64,000 nt of DNA from Pelagibacteraceae bacterium AG-404-P07 (GTDB lineage: Bacteria; Pseudomonadota; Alphaproteobacteria; Pelagibacterales; Pelagibacteraceae), in the NCBI GenBank assembly GCA_003216235.1, contig QCJE01000003.1:5542-69541 (forward strand), in the 5' to 3' direction. A program made the translations under genes and the position numbers. Below, one piece after another: positions 30,206 through 38,606 of this stretch. The notes beneath the pieces are model-generated. The model made no database searches, was not told the origin of the DNA, and was given only the letters and a program-made list of their open reading frames with translations. The stretch's first letter is position 1. The number at the start of each line of letters is the position of its first letter.

Positions 30206-30955
30206 ATGCCCAGTAAAAAAAACATAAAAATAAAAAATAAAAAGAAAAAAGATAAAAATAGCGGAGGGCTAGCTAAACTTGCTAGTATCACTACAAAGTC
30301 TTTAAGTAGTGCTTATTTGAATTACAAAAAAAACCAAGAATTAAAAAAAATAAAAGAAATTAAGTTAAAAAAACTTCAAGAAAATAACGCAATAATAAAA
30401 GAAAAAAAAGATTTAAAAGTTTGGGAAGAAAAATTAAAAAAAGAAGAAAATAAATTAAGAATAAAAGAAGATGAGCTCAAAACAAAAGAAAAAGAACTAA
30501 GATCAAAAGAAGAAATTCAAAAAATTGAAAATGAAAGATTGATCAAGAAAGATGAAAATCTAGTTTTAATTACTAATGATTTAAGAAATAAGGAAAAAGA
30601 ACTTAAGCAAAAAGAAGAGGAGCAAAATAGGAAAAATATTGATCTTAAAGTTCGAGAAGAAGAACAATTGGCAAAAGAATTAAAAGAAAAAAAACGAAAA
30701 GAAAAAGTTCTTAAATTAATCAAGATAGAGGAAGAAAAACAGAAGGAATTAGAATTTGTTAAAATAAAAGAATGGGAAGAAAAATTTGATCGTGAAAAAA
30801 AAATTAAGCAACAAAGAGAAAATCTAAGAGAACAAAGATTAAGAGAGAAAGAACTAGAAAGATTAAAATCTTTTGAAGAAAATAGCAAACCTATTGAAAA
30901 TAAAATATCTTCTGGTTTAGAAAAATTTGAAGTTGATAAAACCCCAAAAAACTAA
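30206..30955 (+). CDS. Lys/Glu-rich coiled-coil or single-alpha-helix protein of unknown function
   Basis: Long open frame dominated by K/E/R/L with KEKEL repeats. ATG at 30206 is preferred over TTG at 30182. Confidence 0.7.
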   Translation: MPSKKNIKIKNKKKKDKNSGGLAKLASITTKSLSSAYLNYKKNQELKKIKEIKLKKLQENNAIIKEKKDLKVWEEKLKKEENKLRIKEDELKTKEKELRSKEEIQKIENERLIKKDENLVLITNDLRNKEKELKQKEEEQNRKNIDLKVREEEQLAKELKEKKRKEKVLKLIKIEEEKQKELEFVKIKEWEEKFDREKKIKQQRENLREQRLREKELERLKSFEENSKPIENKISSGLEKFEVDKTPKN

Positions 30956-31398
30956 TTTAAAATCTTAATTTCATCTCCAACATTTATTTTTGATGAGGAT
31001 AAAATCTGACATCTTAGACCTCCTCTTCTCAAAAATTCTTTAAGAATATTTTTTTGACTCAATATTTCTGTTAAATGTCTACATGGCCTACACAAATCTA
31101 TACCTTCTGCTTCAACTTTACCTATTAAAAGTTTTTTTCCAACTAAGTCATTAAGATTTATGCCTTTGGTAACAATATTTCTCCGAAAATCTAGGTATCT
31201 TATATTAAGACCATATTTTAAATTATAATAATCTATATTTTCTGATTCTATTAAGGATAACTGGCAATATGGATCATTAAACTCTTTAAAATGTCTATCG
31301 CCAATTACGCCTTTGTTAGCTAAAACTTTAATAGAACTTACTTCTTCTATTTCTTTATTGTTACTACGTGTGATACCGATCTTTATAATTTTTGACAT
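30952..31398 (-). CDS. MOSC-domain protein
   Basis: Motifs G..GDR, RRNIVTKG, CRPC and RGGLRC.I...I.VGD. Confidence 0.88.
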   Translation of the reverse strand: MSKIIKIGITRSNNKEIEEVSSIKVLANKGVIGDRHFKEFNDPYCQLSLIESENIDYYNLKYGLNIRYLDFRRNIVTKGINLNDLVGKKLLIGKVEAEGIDLCRPCRHLTEILSQKNILKEFLRRGGLRCQILSSSKINVGDEIKILN

Positions 31399-31439
31399 AT
31401 TTTACTATTACAAAGATACACTATATTATTTCAATTTAA

Positions 31440-31667
31440 ATGAATAAAGAAAATGCAAGCAAACTTTGGAAGATTATTCAAAAAGCTGGTGATCATCTTC
31501 AAGGACAACTACCAGATCATCCAAATCACCCTAAAGGACGAAATCCTTATGCACACGTAGCACTATGTATAAAAGATAAATTCAAAAATAGTTATAAAGA
31601 TATATCTGATGAAAAATTTGATGAGGTTGTAAATTTTATAGAATTTTTAAAACAACATCCAAGTTAG
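31440..31667 (+). CDS. Small conserved-looking hypothetical protein (75 aa)
   Basis: Clean ORF that fills the gap. It has a low-Lys motif LPDHPNHPKGRNPYAHVA and a C-terminal F..SYKDI....FDEV..FI segment. Confidence 0.7.
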   Translation: MNKENASKLWKIIQKAGDHLQGQLPDHPNHPKGRNPYAHVALCIKDKFKNSYKDISDEKFDEVVNFIEFLKQHPS

Positions 31668-32785
31668 TCTAATTGTTTTGGAAAATAATCTTTTAAATCA
31701 CCTTCTCTATAAACATCAGCAGTACAACAGTGAAGTCCTCCACCAAATGCATACGCATCTCTTAATTCAATAGGGATAACTTCCATGCCTAATTTATCAA
31801 GTTGTTCAGCTTGATACTTTTCACTTTTCTCGACACAAACTGTTTTAGGATCTAAAACCAAAACATTCATCGAAAGCCAAACTGAAGAATAACAAAGAGG
31901 TGGCGGTTCGTTGTGTGCTGGCTGTGCTGCATCAATTATCTCCCAACCATTATTCTCAAATAGTTTTCTCTGTTCTTTAGGTAATCTTCTTTGAGGATTG
32001 TTTATAATCAAACCTTCTCTAATTGGTGTAAATGTAGCATCAATATGTATTGGATAGGGATCTCCTGGAAAATTTACTGCATGGACTCTATGATCTTTAT
32101 AATGTCTTTTTAACCAATCAATACCTTTAAGATTTGTTGTAAATCCGTGTTGAACAATCAAATCTTTTCCAAATCTTAATACATCTGCAGCATCAAATAA
32201 TGGTTCTTCCTCTGTGGTTACAAAAAATTTATCTTCTGTCCATTTAAGCCGTTTTTGAATTCCAATTTTGTCTGATAAATAATCTTTTCTATAATCAGCA
32301 TCTGTAAGTCTTGGTTTTGGCGCTGACTCATGTCTCATGTTAGTATCATTATTGTAGTATTCTTTTAAAAGTGGCCTATAGCATAAATATTCAAACCATC
32401 TACATCTATAACTCATTGTGGCCTCTAAAATTTCATTTCCTACTGTAAGCAAAACATCCCTCGGGGGCATACATCCAAACATAGTTTCCGCCTCCCAATC
32501 AGGAGTTGATGTTTTTTGATTAAAATTAATTGGCTCAGGTCTGTCCACTTTAATACCCCTCTTCTCCAAAATATTTGTAAAATCATCTAAAAGCTGGTTA
32601 GCTTTATCAACTGTATCTTTTGTTCTTGGGCCAAATTTCCCCCTCATATCCGAATCTTCTGGAACCTTAGCGTCAAGGGCAGGTTCTGGTGCAGGTATAC
32701 AGGTTCCATCTGCTCTACCAACTATTACATGTTTTAGTGGGTCCCACTCATTCCAACTATTTACTACAAATTTATTTTTATTCAT
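31664..32785 (-). CDS. L-arginine:glycine amidinotransferase-like enzyme
   Basis: VNSWNEWDPLKHVIVG, MPPRD, FDAAD (catalytic Asp), HIDAT (catalytic His) and GGGLHCCT (catalytic Cys). Start placed at ATG 32785, 1 nt after the creatinase stop. Confidence 0.88.
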   Translation of the reverse strand: MNKNKFVVNSWNEWDPLKHVIVGRADGTCIPAPEPALDAKVPEDSDMRGKFGPRTKDTVDKANQLLDDFTNILEKRGIKVDRPEPINFNQKTSTPDWEAETMFGCMPPRDVLLTVGNEILEATMSYRCRWFEYLCYRPLLKEYYNNDTNMRHESAPKPRLTDADYRKDYLSDKIGIQKRLKWTEDKFFVTTEEEPLFDAADVLRFGKDLIVQHGFTTNLKGIDWLKRHYKDHRVHAVNFPGDPYPIHIDATFTPIREGLIINNPQRRLPKEQRKLFENNGWEIIDAAQPAHNEPPPLCYSSVWLSMNVLVLDPKTVCVEKSEKYQAEQLDKLGMEVIPIELRDAYAFGGGLHCCTADVYREGDLKDYFPKQLD

Positions 32786-32786
32786 C

Positions 32787-34004
32787 CTATCTTTTGATAA
32801 TATTATGTTCTGGGCCAAATGGAAACTTAGTAATATTTTCAGCCCCATCTTTACCGATAATTAAAATATCGTGTTCTCTATAACCACCCGAGCCTGGCTT
32901 TCCTTCAGGAATTAAAATCATAGGTTCCATTGAAATAACCATATTTTCTTCTAAGATCGTATCAATATCCTCTCTAAGTTCCAATCCTGCTTCCCGTCCA
33001 TAAAAATGGGAAAGGACTCCAAAGGAATGTCCATATCCAAAAGTTCTGTATTGTAAATACCCAAGATCTGCAAATAATTCATTTAATTCATTACAAATAT
33101 CTGAACATTTAACACCTGGCTTTATTAATTCTAGACCTCTTTTATGAACTTTTACATTTGCTTCCCAAGCTCTCATTGAGTCATCGTCAACTGATTCTAA
33201 AAATAATGTTCTTTCAAGTGCTGTGTAATAACCTGAAATCATTGGGAATGTATTCAAAGATAAAATATCACCATTTTTTAATTTGCGGTTAGTTTTTGGA
33301 TTATGTGCACCATCTGTATTAATTCCAGATTGAAACCATACCCAAGTATCCATGTATTCAGCACTAGGATAGGTAGTTGCAATTTCTCTCTCCATTTTAT
33401 CTCTTCCAGAAATTGCAATTTCTAGTTCAGTTGCACCTTGTTTAATATTTTTAACTATTTCTTCTGCACCTATATCAGCAATTCTTGCACCATTCTTGAT
33501 TATTTGTATTTCCTCATTTGATTTTATCATTCTTAATTTCATAAGCTCTTTTGAGATATCTTTAAAAACTGAAAATGAAAATATCGAACCAATTTTTTCT
33601 CTCATATCTAATGTAATATGATCATTTTCGATACCAATATTTTTTGGTGGATCGTCTCTACCAATAATCGAGACAATAGCTTTTAAAAAATTATCTCTTT
33701 TCCAATCTGTATAAATAACATTATCACAATGTGATCTTCTCCAAGGTTGACTTGAGTCTATATTGGCTGAAATAGTTGAAATCTTATTTTTTGTAATTAC
33801 GCAACCATAAGGTCTGCCAAAGGAACAATAAATAAAACCTGTGTAATATGCTATGTTGTGCATTGATGTTAAAATAATCATATCAAGGTTATTTTTTTCT
33901 AATACTTTTCTTAATTTATTTACTCTTTGATTATATTCTTGATCAGTGAAAGGAAGTTTTGCCTTTTCTCCATTATTTAATGTAAAAAAATCAGGTCTTT
34001 CCAT
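32787..34004 (-). CDS. Creatinase (creatine amidinohydrolase, M24 fold)
   Basis: Creatinase-specific motifs YCSFGRPYG, QPWRRS, WFQSGINTDGAHNP, YTALERT, GYGHSFGVLSHFYGREAGLELRED, SMEPM and GGYREHDIL. Confidence 0.9.
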   Translation of the reverse strand: MERPDFFTLNNGEKAKLPFTDQEYNQRVNKLRKVLEKNNLDMIILTSMHNIAYYTGFIYCSFGRPYGCVITKNKISTISANIDSSQPWRRSHCDNVIYTDWKRDNFLKAIVSIIGRDDPPKNIGIENDHITLDMREKIGSIFSFSVFKDISKELMKLRMIKSNEEIQIIKNGARIADIGAEEIVKNIKQGATELEIAISGRDKMEREIATTYPSAEYMDTWVWFQSGINTDGAHNPKTNRKLKNGDILSLNTFPMISGYYTALERTLFLESVDDDSMRAWEANVKVHKRGLELIKPGVKCSDICNELNELFADLGYLQYRTFGYGHSFGVLSHFYGREAGLELREDIDTILEENMVISMEPMILIPEGKPGSGGYREHDILIIGKDGAENITKFPFGPEHNIIKR

Positions 34005-34013
34005 AGATTTGTT

Positions 34014-34919
34014 TTAATTTAGAGCAATATATCTTTTATTCCATCTCATAATTAAACTATAATAAGTTATAGATACAAAAAGAAAAAAACCACCGACTAT
34101 AGTATTTGTTGATGGTACTTCATTGATGCCGAATAAAGGTAACCATACCCAAAAAATTCCCCCTATTACTTCAGTCAAAGATAGTAAAGTAAGTTCTGCT
34201 GCTGGAATTGCTTTTGATCCTATAGAATATAAAATTAACCCCAAACATACTAATGTACCATGCAACGAAAACATGGAGCTATTATAATTAGTTGCAAAAA
34301 AAGTTTGATTTTTGCTTAAAATCACAATTGTTGCTACAACAAAACAAAACAATCCCGCTATAGCTACAGTAGTAAATTTTGGAGTTTCTTTTCTCCATCT
34401 TAATGTTACAGAAAAAACAGAAAAACCGATAGACGAAGTAATGCCGAAAATAAATCCGATTACTGAACTTTTTTCAGTATTACCAAATGCCATTATTATT
34501 ATTCCTATAGTTGCAAGTATTATTGATATCCAAACATTAAAACTAATTCTTTCTTTTAAAAATAAAAAAGCAAGTAATGCTGTAAAAAAAGGCATAGCTG
34601 CTAAACATAATAAAGTAATTGCAGCTGTAGTGTTTGTAATTGAATAAATAAAAGAAATCATTGCTACACCAAGACCACATCCACCTAATAATCCTGATTT
34701 ACCAATTTTCTTATAATTTTTATAAAAATTTAAGCCTTCTTCAAAATATAAATAGAGATTTAAAAGAATAAATATCGTAAGGCCTCTACCAAATATATAT
34801 TGCCATGGTACAAGATTAGGTTGATCCATATACCTAACTACTAATGGACCAAATGACCAAAGTAGCCCAGCAAATAATACTACGGGTACTGCTATTTTTT
34901 CATTTTTAAGTTCGATCAT
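34014..34919 (-). CDS. DMT/EamA-family transporter
   Basis: About 10 TMs; AAELTLLSLTEVIGG.FWVW motif; 9 nt upstream of the creatinase gene. Confidence 0.87.
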   Translation of the reverse strand: MIELKNEKIAVPVVLFAGLLWSFGPLVVRYMDQPNLVPWQYIFGRGLTIFILLNLYLYFEEGLNFYKNYKKIGKSGLLGGCGLGVAMISFIYSITNTTAAITLLCLAAMPFFTALLAFLFLKERISFNVWISIILATIGIIIMAFGNTEKSSVIGFIFGITSSIGFSVFSVTLRWRKETPKFTTVAIAGLFCFVVATIVILSKNQTFFATNYNSSMFSLHGTLVCLGLILYSIGSKAIPAAELTLLSLTEVIGGIFWVWLPLFGINEVPSTNTIVGGFFLFVSITYYSLIMRWNKRYIALN

Positions 34920-34970
34920 TACTGAATTATTAATTCTTATTTATTTCAACTACAACAAAAATTAGATCAT

Positions 34971-36224
34971 TTATGAAAAAAATTTATTTGATTGATTTGG
35001 AAAAAAACAATCAACAATTTCCCCTTTTTTAAATTTTTCTTTACCAGAGGGTAGCATCACCCAAATATTTGATTGTATAAATGATTTTATTCTAAATGAC
35101 TCCTGGCCTTTTAAAATTTGAACTTCTAGTTTACCATTATTAGTTGTACTCAATTTACTTTTTACGAAACGTGTAAAGTCTTTTTTTTTTCTAAATTCAT
35201 TCTTTAATATTGCTTTAAATGAAATTTCCTCTTTTATACCAAGTAAATTTCTTAAATATGGGTATACAAAGAATCTAAAACATGCAGCTGATGAGATTGG
35301 GTTCCCTGGTAAACCAAAAATAGCTTTTGACTTCCCTCTTATCTTTGCAAACAAAATTGGCTTACCTGGTCTGATTGCTACACCTTTAAAATGATTAGAT
35401 AACCTAAATTTATTTACTACACTTGGCACAAAATCAAATTTTCCAGCTGATACAGCACCAGAAGTAATAATCATATCAATTTTCGATATAAGCATTTTGT
35501 TTATATATGATCTAAATAAATTACTTTGATTATCTCTTAAAATTCCACCATCTTTAAAGTTGAATAAAAAATTTTCATTCAAAGAATTAATATAATGACA
35601 ATTTGAGTTTCTTACTTCCCAATCTAGGATTTTATCTTTATTGGTAATTTCATTACCAGTTGAAAAAAATAAAATATTCGGTTTTTTTTTAACTTTAATC
35701 TTTTTTATTCCCAATGTCTTTAATGCTAATATATGATTAGGTTGCAAAATTGTTCCTTTAGATATTAATAAATCACCTTTTTTATAATCTGAACCCTTAA
35801 ACCTTACATGTTCAAACTTTGGTATTTTTTTATTTATTAAAATATAGTTAGGGTTTTTTTTATTTGGATGAAAATTTATTTGCTCAATTGGAATTATTGT
35901 ATCAAAAGATTTTGGTATTAATGCACCAGTCATTATCTCTACCGTTTGAAATTTTTTAATTTTTTTTTTAATTGGTTTATTTCCTGCAGCAATCGATCCG
36001 ATTATTTGGAATTTTTGATATAGCTTTTTATTTAATTTATTCGTATCGATTGATTTTAATGCATAACCATCAAAAGCAGCATTATTTCCTGAGGGATAGT
36101 ATGAATGAACATATATATTTTCTGAAGTAACTCTATTAAGACATTTGTTAGTTTTTATAAATTCTTCACCTATCTTAATTATAGATTTTTTTAAAATAAT
36201 TTTAGATTTTTTATAACTTATCAT
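34971..36224 (-). CDS. moeA: Molybdopterin molybdotransferase
   Basis: Motifs AAFDGYA, IMTGA..P, STGNE, TSGAVSAGKFD, RPGKP and GLPGNP. Confidence 0.94.
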   Translation of the reverse strand: MISYKKSKIILKKSIIKIGEEFIKTNKCLNRVTSENIYVHSYYPSGNNAAFDGYALKSIDTNKLNKKLYQKFQIIGSIAAGNKPIKKKIKKFQTVEIMTGALIPKSFDTIIPIEQINFHPNKKNPNYILINKKIPKFEHVRFKGSDYKKGDLLISKGTILQPNHILALKTLGIKKIKVKKKPNILFFSTGNEITNKDKILDWEVRNSNCHYINSLNENFLFNFKDGGILRDNQSNLFRSYINKMLISKIDMIITSGAVSAGKFDFVPSVVNKFRLSNHFKGVAIRPGKPILFAKIRGKSKAIFGLPGNPISSAACFRFFVYPYLRNLLGIKEEISFKAILKNEFRKKKDFTRFVKSKLSTTNNGKLEVQILKGQESFRIKSFIQSNIWVMLPSGKEKFKKGEIVDCFFPNQSNKFFS

Positions 36225-36828
36225 TCTTTAATAATTTTTTTGCATTTTCTAAATCTTCCTCGGTATTAATATTAAAAAAAGGATCTTTATTGTTTTCATA
36301 TTCTAAATCAATTGTTTTAACACCAATTTCATTTGCCCACAGTTCTACTTTTCTATCACCTTTGTCTAGCGCAAATTCTAACTTTTCAAATAGTTCTAGT
36401 GACCATAATCCAAAAATATTATGCCGTGTATTTTTTGACTTCATAAAAAATAGATTACTTTTATCTAAATTAATCTCTTTATAAAATTTTATTAGATGAT
36501 TTTTTTTAAAAAATGGAGTGTCAATTGGAAATGTTGATATCCATTTATAATCTTTTTTATTATCTCTTGCCCATTTCATTGCACTTAATACCCCTCCAAG
36601 AGGTCCCAGACCTTTTTTGATATCGCTTGTTACAGAAATGTTATTTGAGTCCAAAAATTTAATTGGCTCATTTGTCACAATCAAAATATCTTTATAAAGA
36701 TCTTTTATTTCATTCAAAATGTAATCAATCAGTATTTTATCAGCTAATTTAACTTGAGATTTATCTCTACCAAATCTTTTAGATTTTCCTCCTGCTAGCA
36801 CAACTGCTAAAATGTTGTTATGATCCAT
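36211..36828 (-). CDS. mobA: Molybdenum cofactor guanylyltransferase
   Basis: Motifs LAGGKSKRFG.DK, GPLGG, P.DTPF and FFNINT.ED. Confidence 0.92.
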   Translation of the reverse strand: MDHNNILAVVLAGGKSKRFGRDKSQVKLADKILIDYILNEIKDLYKDILIVTNEPIKFLDSNNISVTSDIKKGLGPLGGVLSAMKWARDNKKDYKWISTFPIDTPFFKKNHLIKFYKEINLDKSNLFFMKSKNTRHNIFGLWSLELFEKLEFALDKGDRKVELWANEIGVKTIDLEYENNKDPFFNINTEEDLENAKKLLKNDKL

Positions 36829-36871
36829 CAAACGAAATATAAAACATTAAATTTTGATTTAAAGAAATAAA

Positions 36872-37273
36872 ATGGATTTACGAATTTTAGAAATAGCCTC
36901 AAATACTGAGAACAATAAAATTCTTGAAAAACACACACATAAATCAAAAAATAAAAATCCAATTTGTGGCGATGAAATGGAAATTAGTCTTTTAGTGCAA
37001 AATGATAAGGTCATTGATATGGGTTACCAATGTAAATCATGTGTTTATTGCCAGGCTTCTGTGAGTTTACTATCACAAAAAATCAAAAATAAAAAATTAG
37101 ATGAAATCAAAAAATTTATAAATTCGTGTGAAAATATATTCGAAAATACTAAAATAATTTTAGAAAAAAATTGGGTAGACTTTATAGAATTATTGGACCA
37201 AAAAAATGCAACTAGAAAAGAATGTTTGCTTCTTCCAATGAGAACTGTATTTAAAGCATTAAAATTGCAATGA
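36872..37273 (+). CDS. IscU/SufU/NifU-N-like Fe-S scaffold or sulfur-transfer protein
   Basis: NPICGDE, C..C..CQAS and R.ECLLLP cysteine pattern. Confidence 0.82.
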   Translation: MDLRILEIASNTENNKILEKHTHKSKNKNPICGDEMEISLLVQNDKVIDMGYQCKSCVYCQASVSLLSQKIKNKKLDEIKKFINSCENIFENTKIILEKNWVDFIELLDQKNATRKECLLLPMRTVFKALKLQ

Positions 37274-37746
37274 TTAAAATAAATAAAGAAACTTTTAAAA
37301 AAGCTTTACTGGCAGGAATATTTTCTGCATTCACAATAGGTGTTCTTACTGTTTTAACCTATAAAAGTGCCTTAGGTTTATTTATAGCTGGGTCTTTTGG
37401 ATCATCTATGGTTTTATTATTCGGTTTTCCTGAAAGTCCATTTGCTCAACCAAAAAATGTTTTTTTTGGTCATTTAGTTACTGCACTTGTAGGTGTAGTT
37501 TTTGTAGCTCTAGTACCATTGCCAATATTCATCAACATAGCTTTAGCAGTTGGAGTTGGAATTTTTTTAATGATATTATTTAATGTCGTGCATCCTCCAG
37601 CGGGTGGAAATCCAATAATGGTAATTATTGGAAGTGTTTCTTATGATTATTTATTAAGTCCAATTATATTTGGATGTATTATCATTATTTCATTAGCTAT
37701 CTTAATTAATAAATTTTTACTTAAAAAGAATTATCCGTTAAAATGA
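37270..37746 (+). CDS. HPP-family small membrane protein
   Basis: SFGSS.VLLFG.PESPFAQP.N...GH and HPPAGG motifs; 4-5 TMs. Confidence 0.9.
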   Translation: MIKINKETFKKALLAGIFSAFTIGVLTVLTYKSALGLFIAGSFGSSMVLLFGFPESPFAQPKNVFFGHLVTALVGVVFVALVPLPIFINIALAVGVGIFLMILFNVVHPPAGGNPIMVIIGSVSYDYLLSPIIFGCIIIISLAILINKFLLKKNYPLK

Positions 37747-37750
37747 TTGG

Positions 37751-38590
37751 ATGAATTCTAATTATAAGGTAACCAAATTTAAAAAAAATAAATTTGAAAG
37801 AGTCGATGATCTCATTTCAATAGAAGAACCTTTAGAAATTTCGATAAAATATAAAGATCTAAATGAATGGGTAACTAGTAGCCTTTCAATAACAATGAGA
37901 ACCCCGGGTCATGATGAGGATTTAGTAAGGGGTTTTTTATTTAACGAACAAATAATTCAAAATTTAAATGAAATAGACAAAATAGAAAATATTGGTGAAA
38001 AGGTTGGGCGATATAAAATTCAAAACAAAATATTAATTACTCTTAATAATTCTAAAAATATAAATATTTCTAAAATTAAAAGAGACTTTTTAACAAATTC
38101 ATCGTGTGGAGTGTGTGGAAAATCATCGCTTGATGCTTTAGAGATAATTAAAAAAGAGAAAACTTTTAAGACTAAGCCAAGGTTAGCAAAAGGTGTTATT
38201 GTCAGATCGCCTTCAATATTAAGACAAAATCAAATTGAGTTTTCAAAAACTGGGGGAATTCACGCGAGTGGATTATTTTCATCAGATGGCAAATTGATAT
38301 CTCTTAGAGAGGATGTGGGAAGACATAATGCTCTAGATAAAATGATTGGAAATGCTTTAAATGAAAACCAAATTGACCCTAAAAACCAATTTATAACATG
38401 TTCTGGTCGATTAAATTTTGAGCTTGTTCAGAAAGTTTTAATGACAAATATTGGATTAATGATCGGTGTAGGTGCGCCAACTAGCCTAGCAATAGACCTG
38501 GCGAATAGGTTTGACATGACCTTGATAGGTTTCGTAAAAGAGGATAGTTTTAACATTTACACAAATAACCAAAAAGTTATTGTAAATTAA
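37751..38590 (+). CDS. fdhD: Formate dehydrogenase accessory sulfurtransferase
   Basis: Motifs EEPLEI, MRTPG, SSCGVCG, TGGIHAS, EDVGRHNALDK and APTSLA. Confidence 0.95.
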   Translation: MNSNYKVTKFKKNKFERVDDLISIEEPLEISIKYKDLNEWVTSSLSITMRTPGHDEDLVRGFLFNEQIIQNLNEIDKIENIGEKVGRYKIQNKILITLNNSKNINISKIKRDFLTNSSCGVCGKSSLDALEIIKKEKTFKTKPRLAKGVIVRSPSILRQNQIEFSKTGGIHASGLFSSDGKLISLREDVGRHNALDKMIGNALNENQIDPKNQFITCSGRLNFELVQKVLMTNIGLMIGVGAPTSLAIDLANRFDMTLIGFVKEDSFNIYTNNQKVIVN

Positions 38591-38606
38591 TATTGCGGGG
38601 AGACTA

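Noticed and set aside
32786-32848. 21-aa N-terminal extension of the amidinotransferase in the ORF track
   Set aside because: It overlaps the creatinase 3' end. Family similarity starts at MNKNKFVVNSWNEWD, and ATG 32785 is positioned for translational coupling.
32787-34004. Generic Xaa-Pro aminopeptidase annotation
   Set aside because: It shows creatinase-specific motifs (CSFGRPYG, DGAHNP, YGREAGLELRED) rather than the metal-binding Asp pattern of M24 peptidases.
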